From contig JAHRHZ010000021.1 of assembly GCA_024137785.1 (NCBI GenBank), forward strand, positions 36,407,126 to 36,471,125: DNA of 64,000 bases, given 5' to 3'. This stretch comes from Ginglymostoma cirratum (Eukaryota). A program made the position numbers and the translations under genes. Of this stretch, positions 51,030 to 64,000 are shown in pieces. The notes under the pieces were generated by a model. It was not told the DNA's origin. It was given only the letters and a program-made list of their open reading frames with translations, and did no database searches. Position 1 is the stretch's first letter, and each line of letters opens with the position of its first letter.

Positions 51030-51700
51030 TTGCCGAAAAAGGAACTTATGTGTTGTTGAAAAAGACACATTTTGTCGAAGCTTTTTGTCATACATTCAGG
51101 TACAATTCACAAAGATACCAATTATACTACATGAGAGAATGGTGTTGCTTGGTTGGCAAGTGGACTGAGATGAGCAGAGATGCTGCCATGGAGAGTACAA
51201 CAATGAATGATGATTGACAGTTAACTGTTAGACTTTGTTCAACTTTTAAACCAGGCAGGTTGACTAATTGGTCAGCGTATTGCTCTGAAAACTTAAATAG
51301 CCTATGACTATCATCTATTTTGTTGAGTGGAAACAGGCACAGCGCAGTATAAATTCTTTCTGTTTATAAATAACAGCTCCCTATGTATTGATTAATGTAA
51401 CTTCCCATGCATAGAAGTGTGCCAAGCTGCAAAACAAACTGGCAATCCTAAATTGGCTGTCAGTGTAATTCTTCACACACTCAGGATTATATAACAAATG
51501 TTGTCCACTTGCGGGCTGGTTGGGTATGATCTGTACCTTGCTTATTTTTTATCAGTAATCATAGGGATGTCCTGGCATTGCAACAGCACTGAGATTCATA
51601 TACCACATTACACATTTGTGTGATATACAGCAGCACCCTGTTAATGCGACCAACACTCATACTGCATGGTCGTAAGCATGAACCAGCAAACTTCATCTGT
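51030..51700 (-). mobile_element. Penelope-like element (family E) GIY-YIG remnant and 3' end
   Basis: The - strand gives NVVYESQCCCNART... and SGQHLLYNPECVKNYTDSQFRIASLFCSLAHFYAWEVTLINT*GAVIYKQKEF, a Penelope endonuclease pattern. A degenerate hammerhead-like region lies at ~51075-51100. Confidence 0.75.
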
Positions 51701-51761
51701 TGCACAAAAGTCTGAGGTGGCTTAACCTTCTAAAGTAATCTGAGGTGGCCTGGCACTTTTA

Positions 51762-52238
51762 GAGTAATAGAGGAAACAGGCCCTTCAGCCCAACTTGTCT
51801 CTGTTGACCAGGTTTCCTAAACTGAATTAGTCCCATTTGCCTACATTTTACCCACATCCATCTAAGCCTTTCTCATCCATGTACCTGTACAAATGTCTTT
51901 TGAATGTTGTAATTGTACCCACCTCTACCACTTCTGCTAACAGCTTGTTCCTTATACACACCATCTTCATTGTGAAAAATATGCCCCTCAGATCCTTTTT
52001 AGTTCTTTCCCTTCTCATCTTAAACCTATGCCTTTTAGTTTTGGACGCTCCTACCCAGGGAAAAAGACCTTGGCTATTCACCGTATCTATGCCGTCATGA
52101 TTTTATAAACCACTATAAAGTCTCCCCTCAGCCGCCTACACTCCAGGGAAAAAGTCCCAGCCTGTCCAACCTCTCCTTACAACACAAACCTTCCAATCTT
52201 AGTAACATTCTTGTAAATCTTTTGTATCCTTTTTCTTT
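51762..52238 (-). mobile_element. CR1 LINE 3' end
   Basis: SKTKRHRFKMRRERTKKDLRGIFFT...VEVGTITTFKRHLYRYM. Confidence 0.88.
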
Positions 52239-52289
52239 AGGACTAAAAGTGTTTGTCTTAGAGTCTTGCAAGACTTTATGCGATATAAA

Positions 52290-54852
52290 TTATGGCCAAC
52301 GTCCTTGGGTAAGGCGAAGGGTGGTGGGGTATACTTCCTGATCAACACTTCCTGGTGCTCAGATGTAGTGACGCTGGCAAGCCACTGCTCCCTGGACCTA
52401 GAATGCTTTACAGTAAAATGCCATCTCTACTACCTACCACAAGAGTTCACCTCTGTAATGCTGACAGCAGTCTACATACCACCCCATGAAGATGTGAAGA
52501 ATGCCCTAGACGAGATTTACACCGCCCACAAACACTCCAGAGACATGATTCCCCAAGGCCCTGTTCATTGTGGCCGACAACTTCAACCAAGCCAACCTCA
52601 AGCAGGTGATGCCAAAATACCACCAAAACATTTCCTGCCCTACCAGAGGACTGAACTACTGCTACACAGCCATCAAAATGCCTACTGCTCAATCCCCCAC
52701 CCACACATCAGAAAATCTGACCACAACACTGTGTTCCTCCTCCCAGCTTACAAGCAGAAGCTGAAATGGGAGAATCCTTCATGAAATGAAGTACAGTGCT
52801 GGTCCGAGGCAGCAAAAGATTGTCTCTGGGACTGTTTGGACCTCAATGGACTGAACCATGTTCAAGTGTTCAGCGAAAAACCTAGACGAGTGTGCCACCA
52901 CCATCTCAGACTTCGTTAAGAAATGTGTGGAGGACTGTATACCAAAGAAATCAATCCGAGTGTTCCCCAATGGTAAACCTTGGATGAACCAGGAAATCCA
53001 TTCCTTACTGGAGACCAGAAGTGCAGCATTCAAGTTGGGTGACCTGGACCAGTATAAAAAATCCAGATATGACCTCCACAAAGCTATCAGGGAGGCCAAG
53101 AAGCAATACTGGACCAAATTATAGGCTCAGACCTACCAAATGGACTCCTGCTGTCCATGGCAAGGCCTAAATGACATTATGGGATACAAAATGAAATAGT
53201 GTAAGATAGTGGACAATGACACATCCTTCCCTGACATGCTTAATGTTTGCTATGCTTGGTTTGAGCAGAATACCACTGGCGTGGCAATGCCTGTCCTGAC
53301 AGCCCCAGACACCCCTGTTTCCTCTGTCACCACTTCACACGTCAGATCAGTCTTCCTGGGAGTCAATCCAAGGAATGCGACGGGCCTGGACAGTGTCCCC
53401 AGCCGAGCGCTCAGGTCCAGTGTGGACCAGCTGGCAGAGGTTTTCACTGACATCTTCAACCCCTCCCTACTACAAGCTGGAGTCCCAACCTGCTTCAAGA
53501 AGACCACCATCATCCCCGTAACCAAGAAAGTATATGTAGTGTGTCTTTATGGCTACTGCCCAAAAGCTCTGACTGCAATAATCATGAAGTGCTTTAAGAG
53601 GCTGATCATGGCCCACATCAACTCCAGTCTCCCAACCTTCCTCGATCCCCTACAGTTTGCCTACTGATATAATAGATCCACAGAAGATGCCATATCCCTA
53701 GCCCTACACTCATCTTTGGAAATCTGGACAACAAGGACACTTACTCAGACTCCTGCTCATTGACTACAGCTCCACCTTCAACACCATTATCCTCTCCACA
53801 CTGATCTCAAAACTGTGTGACCTTGGTCCTGGCTCCGCCCTCTGCAACTGGATCCTAAGCTTTCTGACCCAAAGCCCCAATCAGTGAGGATAGGTAACTG
53901 TATCTCCTCCACAATAAAACTCAACACTGGAGCCCCCCCAAGGATGCAGCCTCAGCCCCCTACTGTACACCATGTACACCTATGACTGTGTTCCAAATTC
54001 TGAACGAAAGTCATCTACAAGTTGTTGATGACACCACTGTAGAAGGACAGATATCTAACAATGTCAAGTCAAAATACAGAAGGGAAACTGGGGACTTGGT
54101 GAGGTGGTGCAGTGAAAACAATCTGTCTTTCAATGTCAGCAAAACTAAACCACTGATCATTGACTTCAGAAAGAAGGGAGGAGAATATGCCCCCATCAAC
54201 TCAATGGAACTGAGCTTGAGAAGGTGAAGAGCATCAAGTTCCTCAGAGTGACAATAACTGATGACCTGTCCTGGATTTCCCACGTAAGTGTGACAGTCAA
54301 GAAGGCACAACAACACCTCTTCTTCCTCAGGCAGCTCAGGAAATTTGGCATGATCATAAGGTCCCTCACAAGCCTTTACAGATGCACTATTGAAAACATA
54401 CTGTCCAGGTGCATAACAGCCTACTATGGCAACTGCTCTGCCCAGGACTGTAAGAAACTGCAGAAAGTTGTGTGCACAGACCAGACCATCACGGAAGCCA
54501 ACCTTCCATCCATGGAGTCTATTTACATGGCTCACTACTGCGGAAAAGCGGCCAACATCATCAAAGACCTATCGCACCCTGGTAATGACCTCGTACAACC
54601 TATCTGTCAGGCAGAAGATACAGAAGTCTGAACACATGCATAAGCAGGTTCAGGAACAGCTTCTTTCTGGCTGCTATCAAACTGTTAAATGGACTGTAGC
54701 CTCAAATAATGTAACCTGCAATGTAACCTTTATGCCTCTAAGCCTTTTCGATCTGGACATCCTTTGCTTGTTGTGATCTGCCTATACCACTCATAAACAA
54801 AACTTTTCACTGTATTTCAGTACACGTGACAACAAAATCAATCAATCAATCA
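52290..54852 (+). mobile_element. Rex1/Babar-clade LINE, near-complete decayed ORF (APE endonuclease + RT)
   Basis: GKAKGGGVYFLINTSWC...YYLPQEFTSVMLTAVYIPP, FPNGKPWMN, DQLAEVFTDIFN...PTCFKKTTIIPV...LDPLQFAY, VDDTTV and KKAQQHLFFLRQLRKFG. Ends in a (aatc)n tail at 54837-54852. Many stops and frameshifts. Confidence 0.92.
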
Positions 54853-57800
54853 GTATAGTGATAAAAAATCTGCTCTGGGTATCCTTTGTCACACAGGATG
54901 GCTTTGATATGCTGCATTTCAGCTTCAAGTTTGCATGGTGAACAAATGACTCAGGTGCTACTTATGAGATTGCTGATTTGGCTAATCATACAGTCTTGCA
55001 ACTGTAGGAATTCCAATTGTATCTTGATCAAACAAAGTAGACTTTCAGGAGAAGTAACTTGCTAAATGGTTGGATAAATCGCTACATACATGATGAATGA
55101 TTCTTCCACATTTGTGAAGAGTGTACGGGACTTGCACATTGATAGCAAAGTAAAGTCTATGTGCACAGTTGGCATTGCCAACCGGTGCACTAATACACCA
55201 CTCAAGGAAACTATAATTATTTACAGTGCAGCACCATGTTATGGTGATCTAGTTGTGTCAGTATTATGTAAATCATATCCATTGAACTTAGAAACCCAGT
55301 AACTCACAAAATTGAGTTCAGTTTCATTGACACTATGCTTGCCCAAATATTTGGTAGTGACGCTACCATGGTACCACAAGGGTCCTTTTTTTTATTGTGT
55401 CCTTATACTGCCAGACCCTTTTTGCTTATTTTAGTAATTTAGAGACTTATTACAATTAATATGTGATCTGATGTTTCTTACCAAAATGTAATTCTGCATA
55501 CTTATTTCTGATGAAAATGATTTGACAATTTTTGCTTATTCTACAGACTTATTAACGTCTTCTGGTAATTTGTTGGAATTCGTTCCAGTACAGTCTACTC
55601 CCACAATTAGCTAAAGTACATACAGTGTCAACAGGCAAGCAGCCCTAAAATGTAGCCTAATCCAGTTTGTGAGTTGGATGCCTATTGTTACATGCTGAGT
55701 GGCCATATCATCACCTTTCCGAGCCTGTTGCTGGTGCACCCTGAAACACAGGTCGATATGTCCTGCTAGGGGATCAGAAACGAACAATGAAGATTCTCAG
55801 GATTCTGAGGGATCAGCAAATATCAAGTGCCAATAATGATGGAGGGGTGCATTTGACTGGTGCCCATGAATCATGCCCTCAGATGCCATTGCATGGTGAC
55901 CAACATGGAGGCTCTTTGCAGCTTGGTAGCCACTCTGACTTCCATGTTGAGAATTACCAATGTTCATATTACTCAGGGTGGGTAATAGGAGAGGAAGCAG
56001 CATATTAATGAGATGATAGTGCAATTAATAAAGTTTTAAACAAGCAATAATCCCTTTTACTAGGTAACTCACTCCTTCTAAGTAAGAATCTTGCCTTGAT
56101 ACCTGGAATTAATTAAAAGATGGAGTGAGTTGCTCCCAACATCAAGTTAGGCCTTGCTGGGCTTCTCAGATGATTATGCAATAATTCGCATTGTAGCCCA
56201 TGTCATTCAAAACCCCCATAATATTCTACCTTTTATTTATCCAGAGTTTTCAATGATTCAGATTCTTTATTTCCTCTGCTCCTGCTTTATGCTGCATTGC
56301 TAAATGCATACCTACCAGAAGACTGACATGACTAAAATAAACTTTTTCTAGTCTACAGAAAGGTGGCATTAGTTTTAGAACATAGGGAGATCCTTATGCC
56401 TTGACACAATAGCAAGTAAACAATGTCCTGTTACTATCCTGGGCAGCTGCATACTAGCCTTATCTCTTGCTGCAATGAGGCAATATGTTATTTGACTGGT
56501 TGCTATACTCATGCTGCCATTTGTTTGGAACGAATGACTGAAGAATATCAAAATCATTAAAGTCTTATCCGATCTTTTGTTCCTGTAATGATAATGCCTG
56601 CATTTATCTAATAAAAACTCCTATAATAATTTGTGACTCTGCAGTTCCACCCTCTGGTTACCACGTAGCACTGCAAAGGAACTTTAATCAACACCCATTA
56701 CAGTCACTTCATTTTATTTTCTCTCCCTGGTTTATTTCTCAGATGGGGGTCTATAATTAATTCATTGTAAATATTTTTAGAATTAATATTGAATTTTCCA
56801 CTTATTTATTCTTATCCAATCACTGGACACTTCCATCAAAACCAATTTCTGCTTCTGCCTCACTTGCCCCAACCTAATGACCCAGAGTCAGCCACCTGCA
56901 AACTCCACAATTTTTGTTTAATAAATGTTCACCTTTGATGTTCTGCTCTAATTTCTTCCCAATGACTGTGACCTGGCTCCCTGCTCCCCGTTCTCTACTA
57001 CTCAAGCTTCCATGTTACTCCATGGTTCTATATTAGACTTTGGGCTCCCCACACTCACTATCACTGCCATTGCATGCACATACTATTGACTTAAAGTATT
57101 TTATGTCTGGTTTTTTGTTTTCTTTGCCTGTTCTTGTCCAGTGTCTCTATTGTGATATGGCCCTTATTGCCTGTTAGCTTATGAATATAAGAAGGAAGTT
57201 GTTCTTTGCAAATCCTGAATTTAGAAGACTGAATTTGCTGTCTTGGAGAAAATGTAGCCATAAACAGAAGAAAATCAGCATTACAACTGCTTTCAAATGA
57301 TCAAAAAAATTTGACTTCAGAAAGAATCAGTGCTCCAAATCAGCTGGACAATGAAGCTATTATTAAAATCTCTATTTTTGATTTTCTAATCAACCTGTTC
57401 AGAGATTTAAACCTGGAAGCTACATTACTATTATGCCACTATTACTATGGCATGAGAGGCCCTTCTTTAAACTTTTCCATTACTTTTGTTTCACTTTGCC
57501 ACAGGAGCTTATATCAGACATCTTTTTATTTAACATTTAATGGAAGCAAAAGGGCTGAGGCTGCACATGCAGCACCACAGAATAGCAACAGATTTTTTTA
57601 AAACAACATCCGAGAAAAGTAACAAGAAGCAAATCCAAGTTACAAGAAGCAAATTCAAACTTTATTGACATGTTTTAAAATCCAGAACATTCTAGAAGAG
57701 GGTTTCTTACAATTTCACTGCCCTGGAGAAAAAATAGCATTTTATCCAAATTCCTTTTGTAAAAGCAATGATTTCTTCAATATTTTATTCCATACACCCA

Positions 57801-60214
57801 TAAAAAGCTCAATCAGTTTTGAACCATTATATATACATTGTAGGATCTAATTCCTAAATCAAGCATTTATTTAAAATATCAAGTATTCTATGTTTCAAAT
57901 TGCCAGAATTTTGGTGCTAAGTCTCTAAAGTAGAAATAAGCTATTTCCATTTTGACAGGAGGTTTTAAACACAGTTTATCAGATTTATTTATTCATCACA
58001 AGTGTAAAGTGTACATGCAAGAAATTGTTTTTTCCCTGTAAAACTGGCTGGACATTATTATAATGTGAACTCCTCCATCCATCTACCTTCCTCCCACGAC
58101 ACACACACACACATTTTCTCTCTATCACTTTTTTTAGCTTCAGCTTTACATTGAAGAACTGTGTCAGTACATGTTTACTTTTGTTGTTTGATTAATATAC
58201 CGGGCCCTGTTCGATAGGAAAATGTAAAAATCTTCTTTCAGGTTAATAGCAAAGGAAAGCAGCTAATCAGTGTATAAAATACCTACAAGAGACTGTATAC
58301 TCTGAAATAGATTTGCCAACTCCAGCTGAGGGCATTTCTGGAGTTTCCTTTTGACTGCCATCTGACCTGTCAAGACAAACAGTCTTTGCTTCCCAATGTC
58401 CAATATTTTTACAGCTGATAACAAGGTGCCCAAAGAAAGTAGAAAGAATAAGACATTTTTAATACCATTATGATTTTTCTCCCAGATTGCTCACACCAGT
58501 GTCCAAAAAAAATCTTTCATTCCTGGATGCTCCAGGATAATCTTTGAGAGTTGGCAGCTCTATTCTGAGAAGGTATGAAAGTTGCAACTGGTAACTAAGT
58601 TTGGAAAGAAGGAATGCAAACTATAACTTCAAATTGATAACAAAACTATCACTTATAGACCAAAAGCATCCTTCCCAACTCATTGGTAATAGGCATAGAT
58701 ATCCTCCATTTTACATCTATACACCTATGTAAAGGAAGAAGCAGCTGCGTGATTATTCTGCTCTGTTGGCAGCTAGCATTAAAATGTATCAGTAGGTAAT
58801 GAGCTCATCAAAGTGCCAGTGTTATATTTTTCATTGTTGTCACTCAGTGACAGTAGTCACCATCAACAGTGTACGATGAACACAGCACAAAATCCCTACT
58901 ACACTTCCCAATAATATGTTGTTTCTGCAGTCCTTGGAGAGTATATTTTCCTGCATATGTGTGTATTGCATTTTCTATATCAAACAGTCTTTAGACCTCA
59001 CTGAAAGGAAAGCTTGCTATGTTGTGTTGCCTTGTGGACCTGTGTTTAGCTGAAACTTGAGGCTTAATAAACCTATTTCACTTAGGTCCTTTATAAGAAG
59101 CATCTCCCATTATAAGTAGCACATAGATAGTGGACTGAAGTTCAGTTCGATTTGATGATAATCCTCCTGAGGTGAGTCCCAAGAATCCTGGAGTTGGAAA
59201 TTTAAGTGACAAACTGGTGTGTTAAGAGATTCTCTTGAATTGATTTTAAGGTGCATTGCTAGGAGAAAAAGACAATTTTACTCAAAGGCCCAATTTATAC
59301 ATTGGAGTTAAACAAATACATGAGACAGAAGCTGAAATAAAGGAGACATAAATGTTTCCTGCAGGTAGACTTTTCTGCCATTAAATTTCAAACGATTTCA
59401 ACAAAATGACATTAGCAAAGTCCCAATCATTAATATAGCAGCATAGGTGTTGCTCGTAGCATCAATGACCAATATGCCGATGGCTACTGCAGGCAGAACA
59501 ACAAAGTCAAAATCAAATGACTCCTGGATCACAAACACATGAGAAATTAGAATGAAATATAGAAATCTGAATACAGTATCAAAGAGTTGAATGTAGAAAT
59601 TTCAGGGATCAGAATGTTTGTAACACTGAAGCTTCATTCTTTCAGTTCACATTGATCTTCCTGATAAAATTTGCTTGTAGCATATATATATGGCTTTATA
59701 TGGTTTGCAACCATTCCTCGTAATTCATTATTCTTCAAATATGAAACCCTTTTTTTCAGATTCCAGCCTGCAACACTGCCAGATATCTATTGTATTACAT
59801 ATTAATCATCTCAGTCTTGCTGTCCGGAATTCTATTCCAAAGGTTCTCACTCTCTTACACCTTTTATCACTTTCAAAAAGCTCTCAAAACCAACCCTTTT
59901 GGTCGCCTCCCTACTTTTTCTCCAATCACTGCTTAGTACCCAAATTCCCTTCCTATCATGAAATAACTTAGGCTGAAGACAGCAGCGAACAATCACTTTA
60001 AAACTTTGGAGCCAAGTGTATGGCAATTTTAGGTGGCATAATATATTACTAGGAATGCCATTTTTTTTGGATGCTCAACCAAGAACAAAGATTAAGTATG
60101 TTTTAAAAATTGTGGGCAACGCAAATTCAAGAAATTAATTCCAGGGGGCTTGGCTAGTCCTTAACCACAGATCTTCACGGATAAATGAGAAGTTGCCCAC
60201 TTCAATGGGAAAGC

Positions 60215-60740
60215 TAGAAAGGTTAATGTTAGGAGGGACCTGGATGTCCTTGTACACTGGTCATTGAAGGAAAGCATCAGATACAACAAGCAGTTAGGAA
60301 AATAAATTGCATGATGGCCTTCATTGTAAGTGGGTTTTAATATAGGAACAAGGAGATCTTCCTGCTGCTGCAGGGTGTTGCTGAGACCACATTTGGAGTA
60401 TCATGTGCAGTTTTGATCTGATTACCATTGAGAGAGGCAGCAAACATTCACCAGACTGATTCCTGGGATGGCAGGTTTGCCTTTAGAGGATGCAGTAGGT
60501 CAACTGGGCCTGTATTCACTGAGAGTTTAAAAGAATGAAAGAGGACCTCATTGAAACATGTACAATTCTAATGACTGGATGTGGGGATGATGTTTCACCT
60601 GGCTAGAGAGTTCCAGAACAAGGGGTTACGGTCTCAGAATATGTGGTAGGGCATCTCAGAGAGAGATGTAGTGAAATTTCTTCACTCAGAGAGTGGTGAA
60701 CCTATGTAATTCTGCATCACAGAAGGCTGTGGAGGACCAG
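60215..60740 (+). mobile_element. CR1 LINE fragment
   Basis: RDLDVLVH...RPHLEYHVQF and FFTQRVVNLCNS motifs. Confidence 0.8.
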
Positions 60741-62675
60741 TCATGTGTCCCAGCAACATGAATCAGAGCAACCCCTCTCTCAGGAATTGGAGTGCCCTCA
60801 GGGGATTGCACATCCTCCACACTGTCAGACATGGTGACACCACCTGGGATATCTTATCATACAGCCTCAAGTATTCCTCTCATGACTGGAAGCCAAGACT
60901 GACAAATCAAGCAGGCTTCCAGGTGGAGGGCCAGTCCATGATATAAATTACATGGTGTGAAGTAGCATTTGAGGAAAGACAGACTTCTGGGTCTGAATTT
61001 TTTCAGTCTTTTGGAGATGGGCTGGCAAGCGGGACAGCTGGCAATATAGCAGTGAAATGGAACTGTAAAGTGAACTCAAGAAGCTCAGCCACCGTGGCAT
61101 ATCGTCAGCTGTGGGAAGCTTAGCAGCAACTTCACAGTGGGTTACCACTGCCATCAGAAATGGATGTTGCATGTTCAATAGAACGGCTCCCCAGTGTCAA
61201 TAATATTTTCTGCACCCAAGGTGGTGCCACTGGAATGTTCCTATCTGCCTGTCCCTTCTTTCCTCAGAAATCCCAACTCTCTTCAAGGGCACCTGAGTAC
61301 AAAAGGGCCTTCTGCTTGGTGATACAATCTTAGAATTGATAAGCAATTGATAAGCATTGCCAAAGCTGCTGAAGGGCTAGCCCTCTGAAAGTGCTCAAAG
61401 CTATCATATTGGACCAGAGTCCTTAATTGCCATGGGCAAAATGCCTCCATAGAGTCCTGCCACATGCTGGAATAGGATCACCTCTCACCTTGGTTACAAC
61501 AGTGGATCTTCAAATTCCTCAGAACAATTCAGCCTTCAGGTTTCCAACATGTCACTTCCACCTACCCCCCATTCGAAACAAATCAAGTATATTAAAATTC
61601 TCCCTGTTATTTCATTGATGCATTACTTCAAGGTATATTTTCATAATTATGATTTTAGGACATTTTAATGAGATTTATTATCTTGTATACATTATCAGAA
61701 AAAAGCATCTAAAGCCCTGCATTAAAATTCTGCAACTTCATTAAATGGAGTCAGAAATTAAATTTTATAATGTTGCTGCCCATTCAACCCTAAAAAATAA
61801 TTTTGTTCTTGTTATATTGAGTACCTAATCGAACAACTGTTATTACACTACTGTTCGCAATGTTTTGCTATTTATGTTGCTGTTGAACCTCTTGATTATA
61901 ACTTTTCGATCACTCAAATATCCAACATTTTGTGTCAATCTGGATGGTAAAAGGTCTTTCTCATTTTTATGTTTGTAATTAAATAGGACAGGTAAATGAA
62001 TGTATGACAAATGTATTAAAATGACAAAGAAATATCTAGCAACTTTAGTTGAGATGCTCCAGTGAAATACTTAGAAAAATTGTTTGATTGCATACCCTAA
62101 AAATAAGCTGTTAAGTATCATTAAGTACCAAACAACGTTTTACAATTACAGAAGATATTACCCAACTGGAATGAGGGTTAGCTTTACTTCTGAACAATAT
62201 AAGGAATGGCTTAATGAGATTCCCATAATGAATAGCAGTTGATGCTGAAATTCAGAGTTATTTCATGCACACAAAAACCCTAGAAAAAACTGAAAGTTTC
62301 AGTATATTTTCCTCTAAGTACTGGAGCCAGCTGCAGGTACAAAGATGCAAACAGCCATTTTTTGCCTTGAATTCTAACTACTGTCAAAAAAATTTCATGC
62401 AAAAGAATTTTCAAGACAACCTTCCTCCTTTCTCTAGAATTCTCCATATCAGAGACTAAAATATCCTGTCAAGCCTCAGAAAACAAATTAAGCAGCATTC
62501 TGGCCTGTAGGATATGTTTCATTAAATGATTTGTGCTTTCCAATACTGTGATGAAACTAACAAGTCAATATTTGTATCAACACTGCAACAAGCACATAAA
62601 GGCCAGAGCTGGAGAAAACTGATGAAGGCAGCTTTTTTTTCCCATTGAAACCAATGCTATCATTGTACCTAATCC

Positions 62676-63131
<456 letters not shown>

Positions 63132-63519
63132 TTAATCAATTAATTAGGACTTGTATTCTGCTAGTCAAAACAATACATCATATTTTCCCAGTGTAACCAT
63201 TTCCTCAAGTAAGCAATGCTTACATTTATTAAGCAAGTTTTAGCAAACACATTTTATTCAACAATTTCCCATCTTTTTAACTGCCCCTCATAATATTTTG
63301 TTATTTCACTGGGGCGAGGACTTTATTGGGGCAATTCTGGATGTTCTGTAGGTGATGGCACTCTGTAGGGAAGTATCATGTGAAATCATTGGCATAGTGC
63401 TTAAGATTTTTATTCATATTTCCTCTGGTTTTAAAGGAAAGAAAATCATTGGCTGCAGTCTTTTATTTCCTCACTTTGAGCAGAAATTCAGCCTTCACAG
63501 TTGAATTAAATGGTCTAAT

Positions 63520-63930
63520 ATTTATTGACATGCTTCTTAGAAAAAATTGCAAGCTACAGCAAGAGCAGAAATACATTTAAATGTCCCAAAGTGCCTTATA
63601 GGAACATTATCAAACCAAATTTGAATTCAAGGTATTGAACGTGGCATTAGGAAAGGTGACCAAAAATGTGATCAAAGTGGCAGTTTTAAAGAATTGTCTC
63701 AAAAGAGTAGGGAAAGGTAACAGAACAGAAAGGTTTAAGTTGTCAGTTTCAGAGTTTAGGACCTTGGTGTAGCCATCAGTGTGGGCAAAGGAAGTTCAAG
63801 AAGTCAGAATTGGAAGAGTTTCAGAACAAGGCTGAGAATGTTATAATTGAGACATTGCTGGACCAGGAGCCAATGTAAATGAGTGAAAAATTGAGGTGAT
63901 GCGAACAGGACCTGATGTGAGCTAGGATAG
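63520..63930 (-). mobile_element. L2-like LINE 3' fragment
   Basis: Similar to 20780-20960, with an L2-type tail (tataaggcactttgggacattt). Confidence 0.55.
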
Positions 63931-64000
63931 AGACCACAAAACCATAATATAACAGTGCAGAATTAGACTATTCGCCCCATTGAGTCTGCTCCACCGTTCG

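Overview
Eukaryotic, repeat-rich intronic DNA from a cartilaginous fish, inferred from the HE1/V-SINE, Deu-SINE, CR1 and Penelope repertoire (probably a carpet shark; the species cannot be confirmed). The + strand carries four phase-consistent internal coding exons of CACNA2D4 (6160-6253, 7160-7255, 24117-24244, 34008-34088). The last coding exon of LRTM2 lies antisense inside the following intron (63115-62676), the nested arrangement known from other vertebrates. The remainder is decayed CR1/L2, Rex1/Babar, Gypsy and Harbinger elements plus SINEs. The most striking structure is a cluster of at least 10 short Penelope-like insertions from about 5 families. Many are tail-to-tail palindromes with 14-17 bp target-site duplications and a 20-37 nt one-sided 3' tail, and carry minimal hammerhead-ribozyme motifs (CUGANGA / stem II / GAAA-CGUH). 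Some are nested inside one another, one spans the 400-N assembly gap, and one ends about 70 bp upstream of a CACNA2D4 exon. A frame-preserving 273-nt candidate cassette exon (45890-46162) was also noticed. Most ORFs in the supplied track are spurious or repeat-derived. Repeat boundaries are approximate, and all family names come from recognition, not from a database search.
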